DNA of 64,000 nucleotides, taken from an uncultured Chlorobiaceae bacterium. Lineage in GTDB: Bacteria > Bacteroidota > Ignavibacteria > UBA10030 > SZUA-254. Below are positions 39,800-49,399 of this stretch, piece by piece. The notes beneath the pieces were generated by a model. It ran no database searches. It was given only the letters and a program-made list of their open reading frames with translations, and was not told the DNA's origin. Positions within the stretch are counted from its first letter, which is position 1. Every line of letters starts with the position of its first letter. The translations under genes were made by a program, and so were the position numbers. Location of the stretch: the NCBI GenBank assembly GCA_964471945.1, contig CAYYIJ010000001.1, positions 48,168 to 112,167 of the forward strand, written 5' to 3'.

Positions 39800-39985
39800 G
39801 ATGAGTCATTCCGTCCCGACTGTGTCGGGATCGAAATCTAAGCTATTAGAGACTTCTGAAATATTATAAAACCATACCCGTCATTCCGAACGCGGGCAGG
39901 TGTTTCGGAATCTAAGCGATTTTAGACCCTGAAATGAATTCAGGGTGACCCTTTGGGTGATTTTTCAGAAGTCTCTATTATAGAT
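39800..39985. repeat. Composite hairpin-repeat region: two gtcattccg...aatctaagc units and a 138-bp element bounded by perfect 15-bp inverted repeats tagagacttctgaaa.
   Basis: gtcattccgtcccgactgtgtcgggatcgaaatctaagc and gtcattccgaacgcgggcaggtgtttcggaatctaagcg. TIRs at 39848-39862 and 39968-39982. Internal palindrome accctgaaatgaattcagggt. Confidence 0.55.
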
Positions 39986-40079
39986 TCCTGTCTACGACTC
40001 ATTTTTGCTTTTCATTTAACGATTATTTATTTTATTCATCGAATCATTTAAGTATCACTTACATTAAAAGGAAATAGGT

Positions 40080-40550
40080 ATGGCATTGACAGTAGGAACA
40101 AAAGCCCCAGATTTCAAACTTTTCGATATTGATCGCAAAGAACGTACACTTGCTCAATTTTTAGGTAAGAAAACCATTCTCGCATTTTATCCAGGTGCCT
40201 TCACCGGAGTATGCACTAAAGAATTGTGTGAATTCAGAGATGCAATGGCAAACTTTAACAATATGGATGCACAAGTTGTCGGCATCAGTGTGGATGGACC
40301 GTTTGCGAATAAAGCTTTCTCCGATGCAAATAAACTAACATTTCCACTCCTCAGCGACCATCTGCGTGAGGTTAGTAAAAAATATGGCGGTGTTCATGAA
40401 GATTTTGCCGATATAAAAGGGTATAGCGCCGCAAAGCGAGCTGTGTTTATCTTGGATAAAAATGGAATCGTGCAGTATTCCTGGGTATCTGAGGCTCCCG
40501 GAGTTGAACCACCTTACGAAGATATTAATAAAGCATTATCGACATTTTAA
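40080..40550 (+). CDS. Peroxiredoxin (AhpC/TSA-Redoxin family, atypical).
   Basis: 156 aa. FYPGAFTGVCTKELCEF peroxidatic-Cys motif. Confidence 0.8.
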   Translation: MALTVGTKAPDFKLFDIDRKERTLAQFLGKKTILAFYPGAFTGVCTKELCEFRDAMANFNNMDAQVVGISVDGPFANKAFSDANKLTFPLLSDHLREVSKKYGGVHEDFADIKGYSAAKRAVFILDKNGIVQYSWVSEAPGVEPPYEDINKALSTF

Positions 40551-40566
40551 TTTTTCATTATTACCA

Positions 40567-41046
40567 ATGGCTAAACTCAAGGTTGGTGATCCCGCACCGA
40601 TATTTTCGCTACCAAACTCTAACGGAAAGATTCTATCATTGAATGATTTCAAGGGAAAGAAAGTTATATTATACTTCTATCCTAAAGACGATACCCCGGG
40701 TTGTACAAAAGAAGCATGTGCTTTTCGTGATAATTTAGTTCGTTTAGAACGAAGAGGAGCCGTTGTTGTTGGGATCAGTACCGATACAATCGAATCACAT
40801 CGAAAATTTTCAGAAAAATATCAACTACCATTCCCTCTCTTAAGCGACGATAGTAAAGAAACAATTAAAGCTTATGGCGCATGGCAGGAGAAGTGGTTCA
40901 TGGGAAAATCCTTCATGGGTATCGAGCGCACTACATTCATCATAGATGAAGAAGGAAGGATCGCGCAGATATTCCCACGAGTGAAGGTTGATAAACATAT
41001 CTGGGAAATATTAAAATTTATAAATCCGAATACAGAAGAAGAATAA
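40567..41046 (+). CDS. bcp: Peroxiredoxin Bcp/PrxQ.
   Basis: FYPKDDTPGCTKEACAFRD. Start at the internal Met (MAKLKVGDPAP). Confidence 0.85.
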   Translation: MAKLKVGDPAPIFSLPNSNGKILSLNDFKGKKVILYFYPKDDTPGCTKEACAFRDNLVRLERRGAVVVGISTDTIESHRKFSEKYQLPFPLLSDDSKETIKAYGAWQEKWFMGKSFMGIERTTFIIDEEGRIAQIFPRVKVDKHIWEILKFINPNTEEE

Positions 41047-41067
41047 TTATATAATTAAGGAGAATTG

Positions 41068-41670
41068 ATGGAAACAACACAATTAAACATCGGTAATTCA
41101 GTACCAAATTTTATAATCGAAACCTTTGACCCCGTAAAAAACGATTTCACTGAAATATCACTCGAGTCGATAAAGAAGAAAAAGAAGTGGACAGTATTAT
41201 TTTTCTATCCTGGCGACTTCACTTTCGTATGTCCAACCGAGTTAGCTGACTTGGGGACAGTCCATAACGAATTGAAAGAACACGGCGTTGAAATCATTTC
41301 AGTCAGTACCGATACAAAATACACGCACCTTGGATGGAATCAAGCTGAGATGCTTCTGAAAAATGTAAAATATCAGATGGGTTCTGATCCGACCGGAAAA
41401 ATATCGAGGTTATTCGGTGTTTATGATGAACAAACCGGTATGGCATTTCGGGGAACATTCATCATTAGTCCTGATGGAATCTTGATTGGCTCAGAGATCA
41501 ATTATTACAATGTCGGCAGAAATGCTGATGAGCTGCTTCGGAAAATAAAAGCAAATGTTTATCTATGTTCGCATCCGAATGAAGCTTGTCCTGCGAAATG
41601 GGAAGAAGGTGATAAAACACTCAAGCCTGGTGCACGGCTTGTCGGGAAAGTATATCAAGCTTTAAAGTAA
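41068..41670 (+). CDS. Typical 2-Cys peroxiredoxin (AhpC/Tsa-like).
   Basis: FFYPGDFTFVCPTE peroxidatic Cys and C-terminal resolving-Cys region CPAKWEEGDKTLKP. RBS aaggagaa lies upstream of the ATG at 41068. Confidence 0.85.
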   Translation: METTQLNIGNSVPNFIIETFDPVKNDFTEISLESIKKKKKWTVLFFYPGDFTFVCPTELADLGTVHNELKEHGVEIISVSTDTKYTHLGWNQAEMLLKNVKYQMGSDPTGKISRLFGVYDEQTGMAFRGTFIISPDGILIGSEINYYNVGRNADELLRKIKANVYLCSHPNEACPAKWEEGDKTLKPGARLVGKVYQALK

Positions 41671-41672
41671 AA

Positions 41673-42080
41673 ATGATCTACTTGACAAGGCGAGAGAGTT
41701 TTTCTGCCTCACATCAGTTATTTAATCCGAAGTTCTCTGAACAGGAGAACTTCGAGATTTATGGAAAATGTGCATATCCACACGGGCATGGACACAATTA
41801 TGAAATCGAAGTAACAGTTGTCGGCGAACCGGATAAAAATACGGGGATGATTCTCGACCTCAAGAAGCTTTCCGAAATTATCGAAAAAGAAATTCTTGTC
41901 AAAGTCGATCACAAACATCTCAATATCGATGTCGATTTCCTCAATGGAATTCTGCCAACTGCTGAGAATATTTGTATTGTTTTCTGGAAGATTTTAGCTC
42001 CAAAGATTCAGGTTGGAAAACTCTATTCCATAAAGGTATTTGAAACTCCCGATAACTATGCGGAATATCGAGGAGAATAA
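41673..42080 (+). CDS. 6-pyruvoyl-tetrahydropterin synthase family (PTPS/QueD).
   Basis: 135 aa. SASHQL...[18 protein letters not shown] catalytic Cys/His-triad context. Confidence 0.85.
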   Translation: MIYLTRRESFSASHQLFNPKFSEQENFEIYGKCAYPHGHGHNYEIEVTVVGEPDKNTGMILDLKKLSEIIEKEILVKVDHKHLNIDVDFLNGILPTAENICIVFWKILAPKIQVGKLYSIKVFETPDNYAEYRGE

Positions 42081-42661
42081 TGGTGGAAAAACCAAAAAGC
42101 AAACAGAAACTTGAGGAAGCGGTAAAAATCATCCTTACCTTAATTGGTGAAGACCCAAATCGTGAGGGCTTAGCTCGCACTCCTCAACGCGTTGCCAAAG
42201 CATGGGATTTTCTCACCTGTGGCTACAAACAAGATGTCAAGAAAGTTCTTAACGACGCAGTATTCAAAGAAAAATATGATGAGATGGTTATTGTTAAGGA
42301 TATCGATTTCTTCAGTCTGTGCGAACATCACATGCTGCCATTTTATGGTAAAGCACACGTTGCATACATTCCGAATGGAAAGATTCTTGGACTTAGCAAA
42401 CTTCCTCGACTTGTAGAAGTTTTCAGTCGACGGCTTCAAGTGCAGGAACGAATGACACAGCAAATTGCAGATACACTTTTTAAAACTCTTGAGCCGGATG
42501 GTGTTGCCGTAGTTATTGAAGCGAGACATTTGTGTATGATGATGCGTGGAGTTGAGAAACAAAACTCCGTAGCAACCACGAGTGCCATGCTTGGCTCGTT
42601 CCGCGAGGACGAAAGAACACGGAATGAATTCCTTAAACTTATCAGCAATAAATTAGCTTAA
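42080..42661 (+). CDS. folE: GTP cyclohydrolase I.
   Basis: CEHHMLPF...[28 protein letters not shown]. Confidence 0.9.
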   Translation: MVEKPKSKQKLEEAVKIILTLIGEDPNREGLARTPQRVAKAWDFLTCGYKQDVKKVLNDAVFKEKYDEMVIVKDIDFFSLCEHHMLPFYGKAHVAYIPNGKILGLSKLPRLVEVFSRRLQVQERMTQQIADTLFKTLEPDGVAVVIEARHLCMMMRGVEKQNSVATTSAMLGSFREDERTRNEFLKLISNKLA

Positions 42662-42662
42662 G

Positions 42663-43397
42663 ATGAATAAAAGTAAAGTTGAAATTTATCATCCAGTTGT
42701 ATGGGTAACTGGTGCATCGCGAGGTATTGGAAGAGAAATCGCAAAGCAATTTGCTCAGCTTGGCTGTATCGTTTGTCTATCCGGAAGAAATAAAAAAGCA
42801 CTTAAATCGGTAGTCAAGGAAATCGTTAAGGATGGCGGTAGAGCGAGCTCATTTATATTAGACATTAACAATCCCAAAGCCGTTCAATCTGTTCATCGAG
42901 TTATTCGGAAGACCATTGGAGAAGTGGATGTATTAATCAATAACGCCGGAATTTCTTCATTCAAATCATTTTTAGAAACACCGCTGAAAGATTTTAACAA
43001 AATCATTTCAACCAATCTCCTTGGACATATAGCGTGTATGAAAGCTGTTCTTCCTTCGATGGTAGAAAGGAAGAAAGGATGGGTTTTCAATATTGTCTCG
43101 ATGGTTGCAGTGAAAACCTATGAAAACTCTACCGCATACACCGCATCGAAATTAGGATTGTTCGGACTTGGTAAAGTACTGCGCGAAGAAGTGAAGAAGT
43201 ACGGTGTTAAAGTTGTGAATGTTCTGCCGGGTGCAACCGCAACTGAGATTTGGCATCCTAAAGTACGGGTGAAATATTCATCCCGAATGATGAAACCCAA
43301 AAGTGTAGCCGAAGCTGTTCTCTCTGTGTTTCAAATGCCCGATGATTTAGTGGTGGATGAATTTGTAATTAGACCAGTTAAAGGAGACCTGAGTTAA
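42663..43397 (+). CDS. Short-chain dehydrogenase/reductase (candidate sepiapterin-reductase-like).
   Basis: VTGASRGIGREIA Rossmann motif and YTASK catalytic motif. 244 aa. Tightly coupled to PTPS-folE. Confidence 0.8.
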   Translation: MNKSKVEIYHPVVWVTGASRGIGREIAKQFAQLGCIVCLSGRNKKALKSVVKEIVKDGGRASSFILDINNPKAVQSVHRVIRKTIGEVDVLINNAGISSFKSFLETPLKDFNKIISTNLLGHIACMKAVLPSMVERKKGWVFNIVSMVAVKTYENSTAYTASKLGLFGLGKVLREEVKKYGVKVVNVLPGATATEIWHPKVRVKYSSRMMKPKSVAEAVLSVFQMPDDLVVDEFVIRPVKGDLS

Positions 43398-43434
43398 GCT
43401 GGTAGATGATATCAGTTAATAAAAATTTCTTACA

Positions 43435-44193
43435 TTGCCAAATGTAAATATGCCAAAAGCTGAAATCCAATTCACATATTTCAAGGACTTAGAAAAACTC
43501 ACGAAATCGGGTCTTATGGCGTATTTAATTCTAATGATTTATGGATTATTGATAACGATTGTTGGGATCGATACAACATTCTACTTTATAACAAATATCA
43601 AACTTTGTGAATCCCTATTATTAACGCTCATAAGCGTAAATCTAATTTATTTTTTTCTACATGGGATTAATAAGATCCATGGGTTGGGAGAACTTCACAT
43701 TTGGCTTGATAAAAAGTTTTTTGGCTTTTTGCATAAATCGAATGAGATTATTTTACGCGAACTGCTCGTTCTCCTTGAGCCACACGAACGCAGCGTAGTC
43801 GAGTCACTTGTACGTTATGAACAAACTGCGATCGCACAAACAATATTTTCACACCTTGCAGAGAACCAATCAATATTTGAACGGCTTTTAAAACGTGGTA
43901 TCTTTCGCTCATGGATATGGTACTGGATCGCTATTTACGGATTGTTCGTATTTATTTTATTGACATTAACTTCTTTTTCAAAATTCTTACATCTTCCCAC
44001 AATTTATTCACAAGCTTTTTTAATATCAATTGTGGTTGTTACTGCACTGCATTTAATAATTATTTATATGTTTGGGTATAATCTCCTTTTTGCAACTAAG
44101 CGTATAATGCGTGAAATTATCAATCTTCATTATACCGAAATACTTACACTCCTCCGCTCGCACTTCAAAAAAAATCATAATAATCTTTGCTAA
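43435..44193 (+). CDS. Hypothetical polytopic membrane protein.
   Basis: Multiple hydrophobic helices. No recognised domain. Confidence 0.4.
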   Translation: MPNVNMPKAEIQFTYFKDLEKLTKSGLMAYLILMIYGLLITIVGIDTTFYFITNIKLCESLLLTLISVNLIYFFLHGINKIHGLGELHIWLDKKFFGFLHKSNEIILRELLVLLEPHERSVVESLVRYEQTAIAQTIFSHLAENQSIFERLLKRGIFRSWIWYWIAIYGLFVFILLTLTSFSKFLHLPTIYSQAFLISIVVVTALHLIIIYMFGYNLLFATKRIMREIINLHYTEILTLLRSHFKKNHNNLC

Positions 44194-44276
44194 TTAGGTA
44201 CGTTTTACTCATTTAAGTTTCCGAAAATACTTTTGTCTATTGATACCTGTGACTCGAAATTGTACATTATAATATA

Positions 44277-44825
44277 ATGCCGCTGAATATTCAAAAAAAT
44301 ACTTCTATTACATCTGAAAAAGAGTCAAAGCTCGAGCTTAAATCCAATAAATCCAAAGGATATGTCTCACTTCTTAAATACTTTTTTATCGGTTTGTCTA
44401 TTATTGTAGTAGTTTCCTCAATTATATTTTTAGTTTATATCTTTTCGCTGAAGCGGCCGGAATCAATACAACAAACGCAAGAAATTTTACAACCACCCAT
44501 TGTTGATACATCAGTTAATATAACTTCCATACCGCCTGAAATAACTCCCAAAGTCAGAGCACCTGTTGACCAAGTAGAAATACAGACACCTACTTTACGT
44601 GCATACTGCATCTATATCGCCGCATATAAAAATGAACCACCTGCTGCGGAAGAGGTCTCACGGTGGAAAGAAGCTGGCTTTGTTGCGGCAGTTGTTGAAT
44701 CTAACAATTATTTCAGCGTAGCATTAGGTCGATATCCAACAATATCCGAAGCCCAACTTTTCGCACGGCAAATGTGGGAAGCGTTCGAAAACGGTTATTT
44801 TATTGGCAGGATAAGAATAATATAA
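44277..44825 (+). CDS. SPOR-domain (peptidoglycan-binding) membrane-anchored protein.
   Basis: N-terminal TM. C-terminal YCIYIAAYKNE...FVAAVVE...YFSVALGRYPTISEAQ resembles a SPOR repeat. Confidence 0.55.
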   Translation: MPLNIQKNTSITSEKESKLELKSNKSKGYVSLLKYFFIGLSIIVVVSSIIFLVYIFSLKRPESIQQTQEILQPPIVDTSVNITSIPPEITPKVRAPVDQVEIQTPTLRAYCIYIAAYKNEPPAAEEVSRWKEAGFVAAVVESNNYFSVALGRYPTISEAQLFARQMWEAFENGYFIGRIRII

Positions 44826-44856
44826 ACACCGTCAACAATTTATTTTTCCCAATAAG

Positions 44857-44885
44857 AAACCCCAATCATTACTGATTGGGGTTTT
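44857..44885 (+). terminator. Rho-independent terminator.
   Basis: aaaccccaatcattactgattggggtttt. Confidence 0.6.
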
Positions 44886-45082
44886 ACTTTCTCATAAATA
44901 ACTGTTACTGTTGGGATAAATGTCCTTATCTTATCAACACCATCTTTTTAACCTGAATGAAGATTTTGCCATCATCCTTGTTATCGATTTGTTCGGTGAC
45001 GATGAGATAACCTAGAGTTAAACATTTTTCTTGAACACTCCACTAAAATATCTTATCTTTAATCTCATTACGATAATTAGTT

Positions 45083-47233
45083 ATGATTGAAGTTCCAGAA
45101 AATCAAATAATTCCTAAAAAAATAAATTATCATATTTGCACACTGTTATCTATCCTCGCTCTTGGATTATCGCTGCGTCTATGGCATATTACGTGGGGAT
45201 TACCAGAGTTGTATGAAGAGGCAACGCCGTTCTCTATTGCTTGGAAATTTTGGAATTGGGATATGCCCGGATTTGATTTCAATCCGCATTTTTTCAACTA
45301 TCCGGCATTCACGTTTTATTTTCATTACCTAATCCAGTCAATTCATTATGGTATCGGCTATCTCTTAGGAATTTACACTGATGTTGCATCATTTAAGGAG
45401 AGTTATACAATCTCAATTATCCTTGCACGCCTTGTTACTGCAATCTTTGATTTAGGAACAATACTTATAATATTTCTTTTTGTTAAGCATTTGGCTGGTG
45501 AAAAAATTGCTCTGATTGCTGCTGGACTTCTCGCAATTAACCCACTTCATATTCAGAATTCTCATTCAATCAATGTCGATATTCCACTCGCTTTTTTTGT
45601 AATACTCTCTTTATTTTTTATTCATAAGATTTACAGCACTTCAGAAAAGAAATGGTACCTGTTAGCCGGTTTGGGCATCGGATTAGCAACAGCCACAAAG
45701 TACAACGGTGCATTGTTGTTAGTAGTACTAATATCAGCGCATCTTTTTCGCTCACAAACCATTACTGATGCTATCCGCTCACTCAAAGATTCTTCGTTCT
45801 ATCAAAGTATAGCGATCGCGACAACCATCTTCTTTCTCTTTAATCCTTTTATCATTATTAGCTTTGGTGAGTTTTGGAGAGATTTCTCTTTCGAAAAACT
45901 CCATATGTCGTATGGACATTTAGGAATAGAACCATCTGAGAGTACACTTACTTTTTATTTTTTAAACGCTCTCCCAAAATATCTTACCTGGGTTTTTTAT
46001 ATAATCATCATAGTTTCGATCTTTTATCTCATCTTAAAAAGAAACAAATCATATTTTATATTACTCGTATTCCCAATTATTTTCCTCGTGACTATCAGTT
46101 CATGGGAAATGCGATCCGAACGATATCTTGTACCAGTTATCCCTAGCCTTATCGTCATCGGAACAATCGGAATGAGAGTGATGTGGGAATGGTTTATACG
46201 ATTACGTAAAGAACAAATCCCACAATCATACTTTGTCCTGTTCGGGATATTGGCGATCCTCGGTTCGTTAATGGCGATACCATTAGCAATCGAAAATTAC
46301 AAATATCTTCATTCGCTAACATTAACAGACACACGAACTATTGCAAAAGAGTGGATACTAAAGAACATAGTGCATCGTTCTACAATTGCCACTGGTCCTT
46401 TTGGTATAAATCTTCCTAAAGGCAATTTTTCATTTTTTATGATACCTTTTACTCCCACTGGTTCGGAAGCACTTGCACCCTTCTACGATGCCCGTTGGTA
46501 TAAAGATTTTGATCTTCTTATTGCAAGTGATTATGACTACGGACGATTTACCCTCGAGCCAGAGCGATATAAATCTGTTCTGGCATATTACGATTCTCTC
46601 AAGTTACACTGGAAAATGGTACATGAAATACAACCGACTTCAGACCAGATGGGACCAATATTCTGGTTTTATCAACCACATGATTCTATACGAACGGAAT
46701 TATTCGAGTTCGACCTTCTGAAAAAGCTCAGCATCATACAAGAAAAAAATATAGTTGCTGATTTTTTAGAACGGCTCGCTTTTGCACATTTCAATATGGG
46801 GAAATTACTCAAGAGCGGACAATTACTTACCATCGCAATAGATTATGATACTGAGAACATCAGAATATTAAGAGCATTTGCTATGACACTTTTCAAACTT
46901 GCTGAGATACCAACATGTTTGGACGTAGTGAATCGTTCACTTCAATTAAAACCAAATCAACCTGAACTGGCTGCACTCCGCGGAAGCTTACTTCTCCGTC
47001 TTGGACAATTTGCTGAAGCTGAAGCCCAGCTTTATAAAGCGTTAGAAATGAATAATAGATTAACGATTTGCTATCTCGATCTGGAACTACTTTATCGAAC
47101 ACAAAATGAAAATCAAAAAATTATTGCTATCTTAAACAAATATTTACAAATCCTTCCTCCGGGAAGCGAAACCGCTCGATTAACAGTTGAGCGAATTCAG
47201 GAATTGCATATACAAACAAGGACAACTAAATGA
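45083..47233 (+). CDS. Family 39/83 (PMT/ArnT-like) integral-membrane glycosyltransferase with C-terminal TPR domain.
   Basis: 716 aa. ~12 TM N-terminal PMT_2-like region and C-terminal TPR repeats. Tandem paralog of the next gene. Confidence 0.7.
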   Translation: MIEVPENQIIPKKINYHICTLLSILALGLSLRLWHITWGLPELYEEATPFSIAWKFWNWDMPGFDFNPHFFNYPAFTFYFHYLIQSIHYGIGYLLGIYTDVASFKESYTISIILARLVTAIFDLGTILIIFLFVKHLAGEKIALIAAGLLAINPLHIQNSHSINVDIPLAFFVILSLFFIHKIYSTSEKKWYLLAGLGIGLATATKYNGALLLVVLISAHLFRSQTITDAIRSLKDSSFYQSIAIATTIFFLFNPFIIISFGEFWRDFSFEKLHMSYGHLGIEPSESTLTFYFLNALPKYLTWVFYIIIIVSIFYLILKRNKSYFILLVFPIIFLVTISSWEMRSERYLVPVIPSLIVIGTIGMRVMWEWFIRLRKEQIPQSYFVLFGILAILGSLMAIPLAIENYKYLHSLTLTDTRTIAKEWILKNIVHRSTIATGPFGINLPKGNFSFFMIPFTPTGSEALAPFYDARWYKDFDLLIASDYDYGRFTLEPERYKSVLAYYDSLKLHWKMVHEIQPTSDQMGPIFWFYQPHDSIRTELFEFDLLKKLSIIQEKNIVADFLERLAFAHFNMGKLLKSGQLLTIAIDYDTENIRILRAFAMTLFKLAEIPTCLDVVNRSLQLKPNQPELAALRGSLLLRLGQFAEAEAQLYKALEMNNRLTICYLDLELLYRTQNENQKIIAILNKYLQILPPGSETARLTVERIQELHIQTRTTK

Positions 47234-49368
47234 AGAAAATATTTCATGATAACATTTCACTCTTTTTTATTATTTTCGTCGGTGCATTGCTTCGCATCTG
47301 GTATATTAATTGGGGGCTACCCGATTTGTATGAAGAAGCAATACCTCTTAGTATCTCGTGGAGATTCTGGAATATTGGAAACCCAGGTTATCAGTTCGAC
47401 CCGAACTTTTTTACATATCCTGCATTCACTTTTTATTTGCAATTTCTGATTCAAAACATTCATTATTTAATCGGAAATATTATCGGTGTTTATCCAAGTC
47501 TCGCCTCGTTTTTACAGGCATTCGAGCAAGATTCATCGGCTGTCATCATTATTGCCCGTTCGACTTCAGTGTTATTTGATATCACAACTATCATAATCGC
47601 CTATAAATTGATTTCTTCCATTGTAGATAAAAGAACCTCCATCCTCGCAGCATGTCTTCTTGCTTTGAATCCTCTTCATATTAAACAGGCACACTTTGTA
47701 AATGTCGATACACCACTAACATTCTTTGTTTTATTATCACTTTATTTCATAATAAAGCTGATGAAAGATCAATCACTCAGAAATTATATTGGCGCCGGGA
47801 TAAGTATTGGATTGGCAGCATCAACAAAATATAATGGTGCTATACTGCTTGCCGTTCTTATTCTCGCTCAAATGCTCCAGTCCGATTCCATGCGCAATTT
47901 AATAAAAACACTTACTCAGCCACGTTTTCTACTATCAGGAATAACATCCATTATAGTCTTTATCCTTTGCAATCCATATATCATACTTCGGATGAATAAA
48001 TTCCTAAGCGATTTCGGTGAAGTCCAACGGCACATGGAAATCGGACACCTCGGCGTAGATCAAACAACCAGCACAATCGACTACTATATTCTGGAAGCAC
48101 TTCCCGCTTACCTGAGTTGGATATTATTGATAATTTGTTGCGTAACCATTTATATTTTCTTTAAAAAGAAAGAGACAACCCAGATTGTGTTATCTATATT
48201 TCCAATATTGTATCTCATAATTATAGGTCGATGGGAGATGCGGGCAGATAGATATATCTTCCCCGCAATACCTATCCTGATTTTAATTGGCTCAATCGGT
48301 GTTATGAGATTATGGGACATTTTTCAAAAATATTTATCGAACCAACACTCGAAAGTTTATCAATCAAAAATATTCAAGTCAATTGTAGTTTTTATCGGAT
48401 TATTTATTTTACTTATTCAACCGGTAGTGAGTAATTATAAATATCTTTATCCATTAGGTTTACCCGATACACGTGCGATAGCGAAAAAATGGATAAGTGA
48501 TAACCTCCCACCCGGGTCTGTGATCGCGACCGGTCCATACGGTGTTGAGTTCCCTAGAGAAAACAAATACTTAATGTTCCGAATTCCTTACCTGTCGTAT
48601 GAAACAGAGTTAGCCGCACCATTTTACGATACGCGTTGGTACGAAGACCTCGACTTGCTTATTGCTTCCGATTATGATTATGGAAGATTTCGCATGGAGC
48701 CAAAACGTTATGGAGAATTTTTAGGATATTATGATACATTACGCACACACTGGAGGTCTGCTTTAATCCTTCAGCCTGATGAAGAAAAAACAGGCCCAAC
48801 AATATGGCTTTATACTTGTCCTGATTCATTAAAACGGTCGAAGTTCGATCCAACAATGTTCCAACGATTCCATGATAATCCAGAGAGTACTAGAATAAGT
48901 AATTTCTTGAAAGGACTTAACACAATTCTTTTCAAAAGAGGAAAGCTCGAGAAGTGTGAGCAAATCCTGAATGAGATTTTAGTTGTTGAAGTTGAAAATA
49001 TTACTATGAGAAATCAACTTGCACAAGTACTTTTTGATCTCGGTAGATATGAACAGTCGCTTGTTCAATTAGGTCTTTCTATCCAGTATAAACCAGATCA
49101 ATCGCACGTTTACGTATTAGCAGGACGTTCATTATTGAAATTAAATAAAGTGAAAGAAGCAGAAGGTGTTTTTCACAAAACAATTACGATAGATAATCGA
49201 TTAGCAGCCCCTTACCTTGAACTAATACAACTCTACACGATACAAAATGAAAAATTAAAATTATTCGATATACTCAAACGATATTTAGCAATATTGTCAC
49301 CGAAGAGCCAAGAAGCAAACGAAGTAAAGAAGCAAATAAAAGAATTGGACCCAAGCAGAAAGAACTAA
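47230..49368 (+). CDS. Family 39/83 (PMT/ArnT-like) glycosyltransferase with C-terminal TPR domain (paralog).
   Basis: 712 aa, ~50-55% identical to 45083-47233 by eye over the N-terminus. ATGA start/stop overlap. Confidence 0.7.
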   Translation: MKKIFHDNISLFFIIFVGALLRIWYINWGLPDLYEEAIPLSISWRFWNIGNPGYQFDPNFFTYPAFTFYLQFLIQNIHYLIGNIIGVYPSLASFLQAFEQDSSAVIIIARSTSVLFDITTIIIAYKLISSIVDKRTSILAACLLALNPLHIKQAHFVNVDTPLTFFVLLSLYFIIKLMKDQSLRNYIGAGISIGLAASTKYNGAILLAVLILAQMLQSDSMRNLIKTLTQPRFLLSGITSIIVFILCNPYIILRMNKFLSDFGEVQRHMEIGHLGVDQTTSTIDYYILEALPAYLSWILLIICCVTIYIFFKKKETTQIVLSIFPILYLIIIGRWEMRADRYIFPAIPILILIGSIGVMRLWDIFQKYLSNQHSKVYQSKIFKSIVVFIGLFILLIQPVVSNYKYLYPLGLPDTRAIAKKWISDNLPPGSVIATGPYGVEFPRENKYLMFRIPYLSYETELAAPFYDTRWYEDLDLLIASDYDYGRFRMEPKRYGEFLGYYDTLRTHWRSALILQPDEEKTGPTIWLYTCPDSLKRSKFDPTMFQRFHDNPESTRISNFLKGLNTILFKRGKLEKCEQILNEILVVEVENITMRNQLAQVLFDLGRYEQSLVQLGLSIQYKPDQSHVYVLAGRSLLKLNKVKEAEGVFHKTITIDNRLAAPYLELIQLYTIQNEKLKLFDILKRYLAILSPKSQEANEVKKQIKELDPSRKN

Positions 49369-49399
49369 TTGATTTAGTATTCAACCCGCCTTCGGCGGG

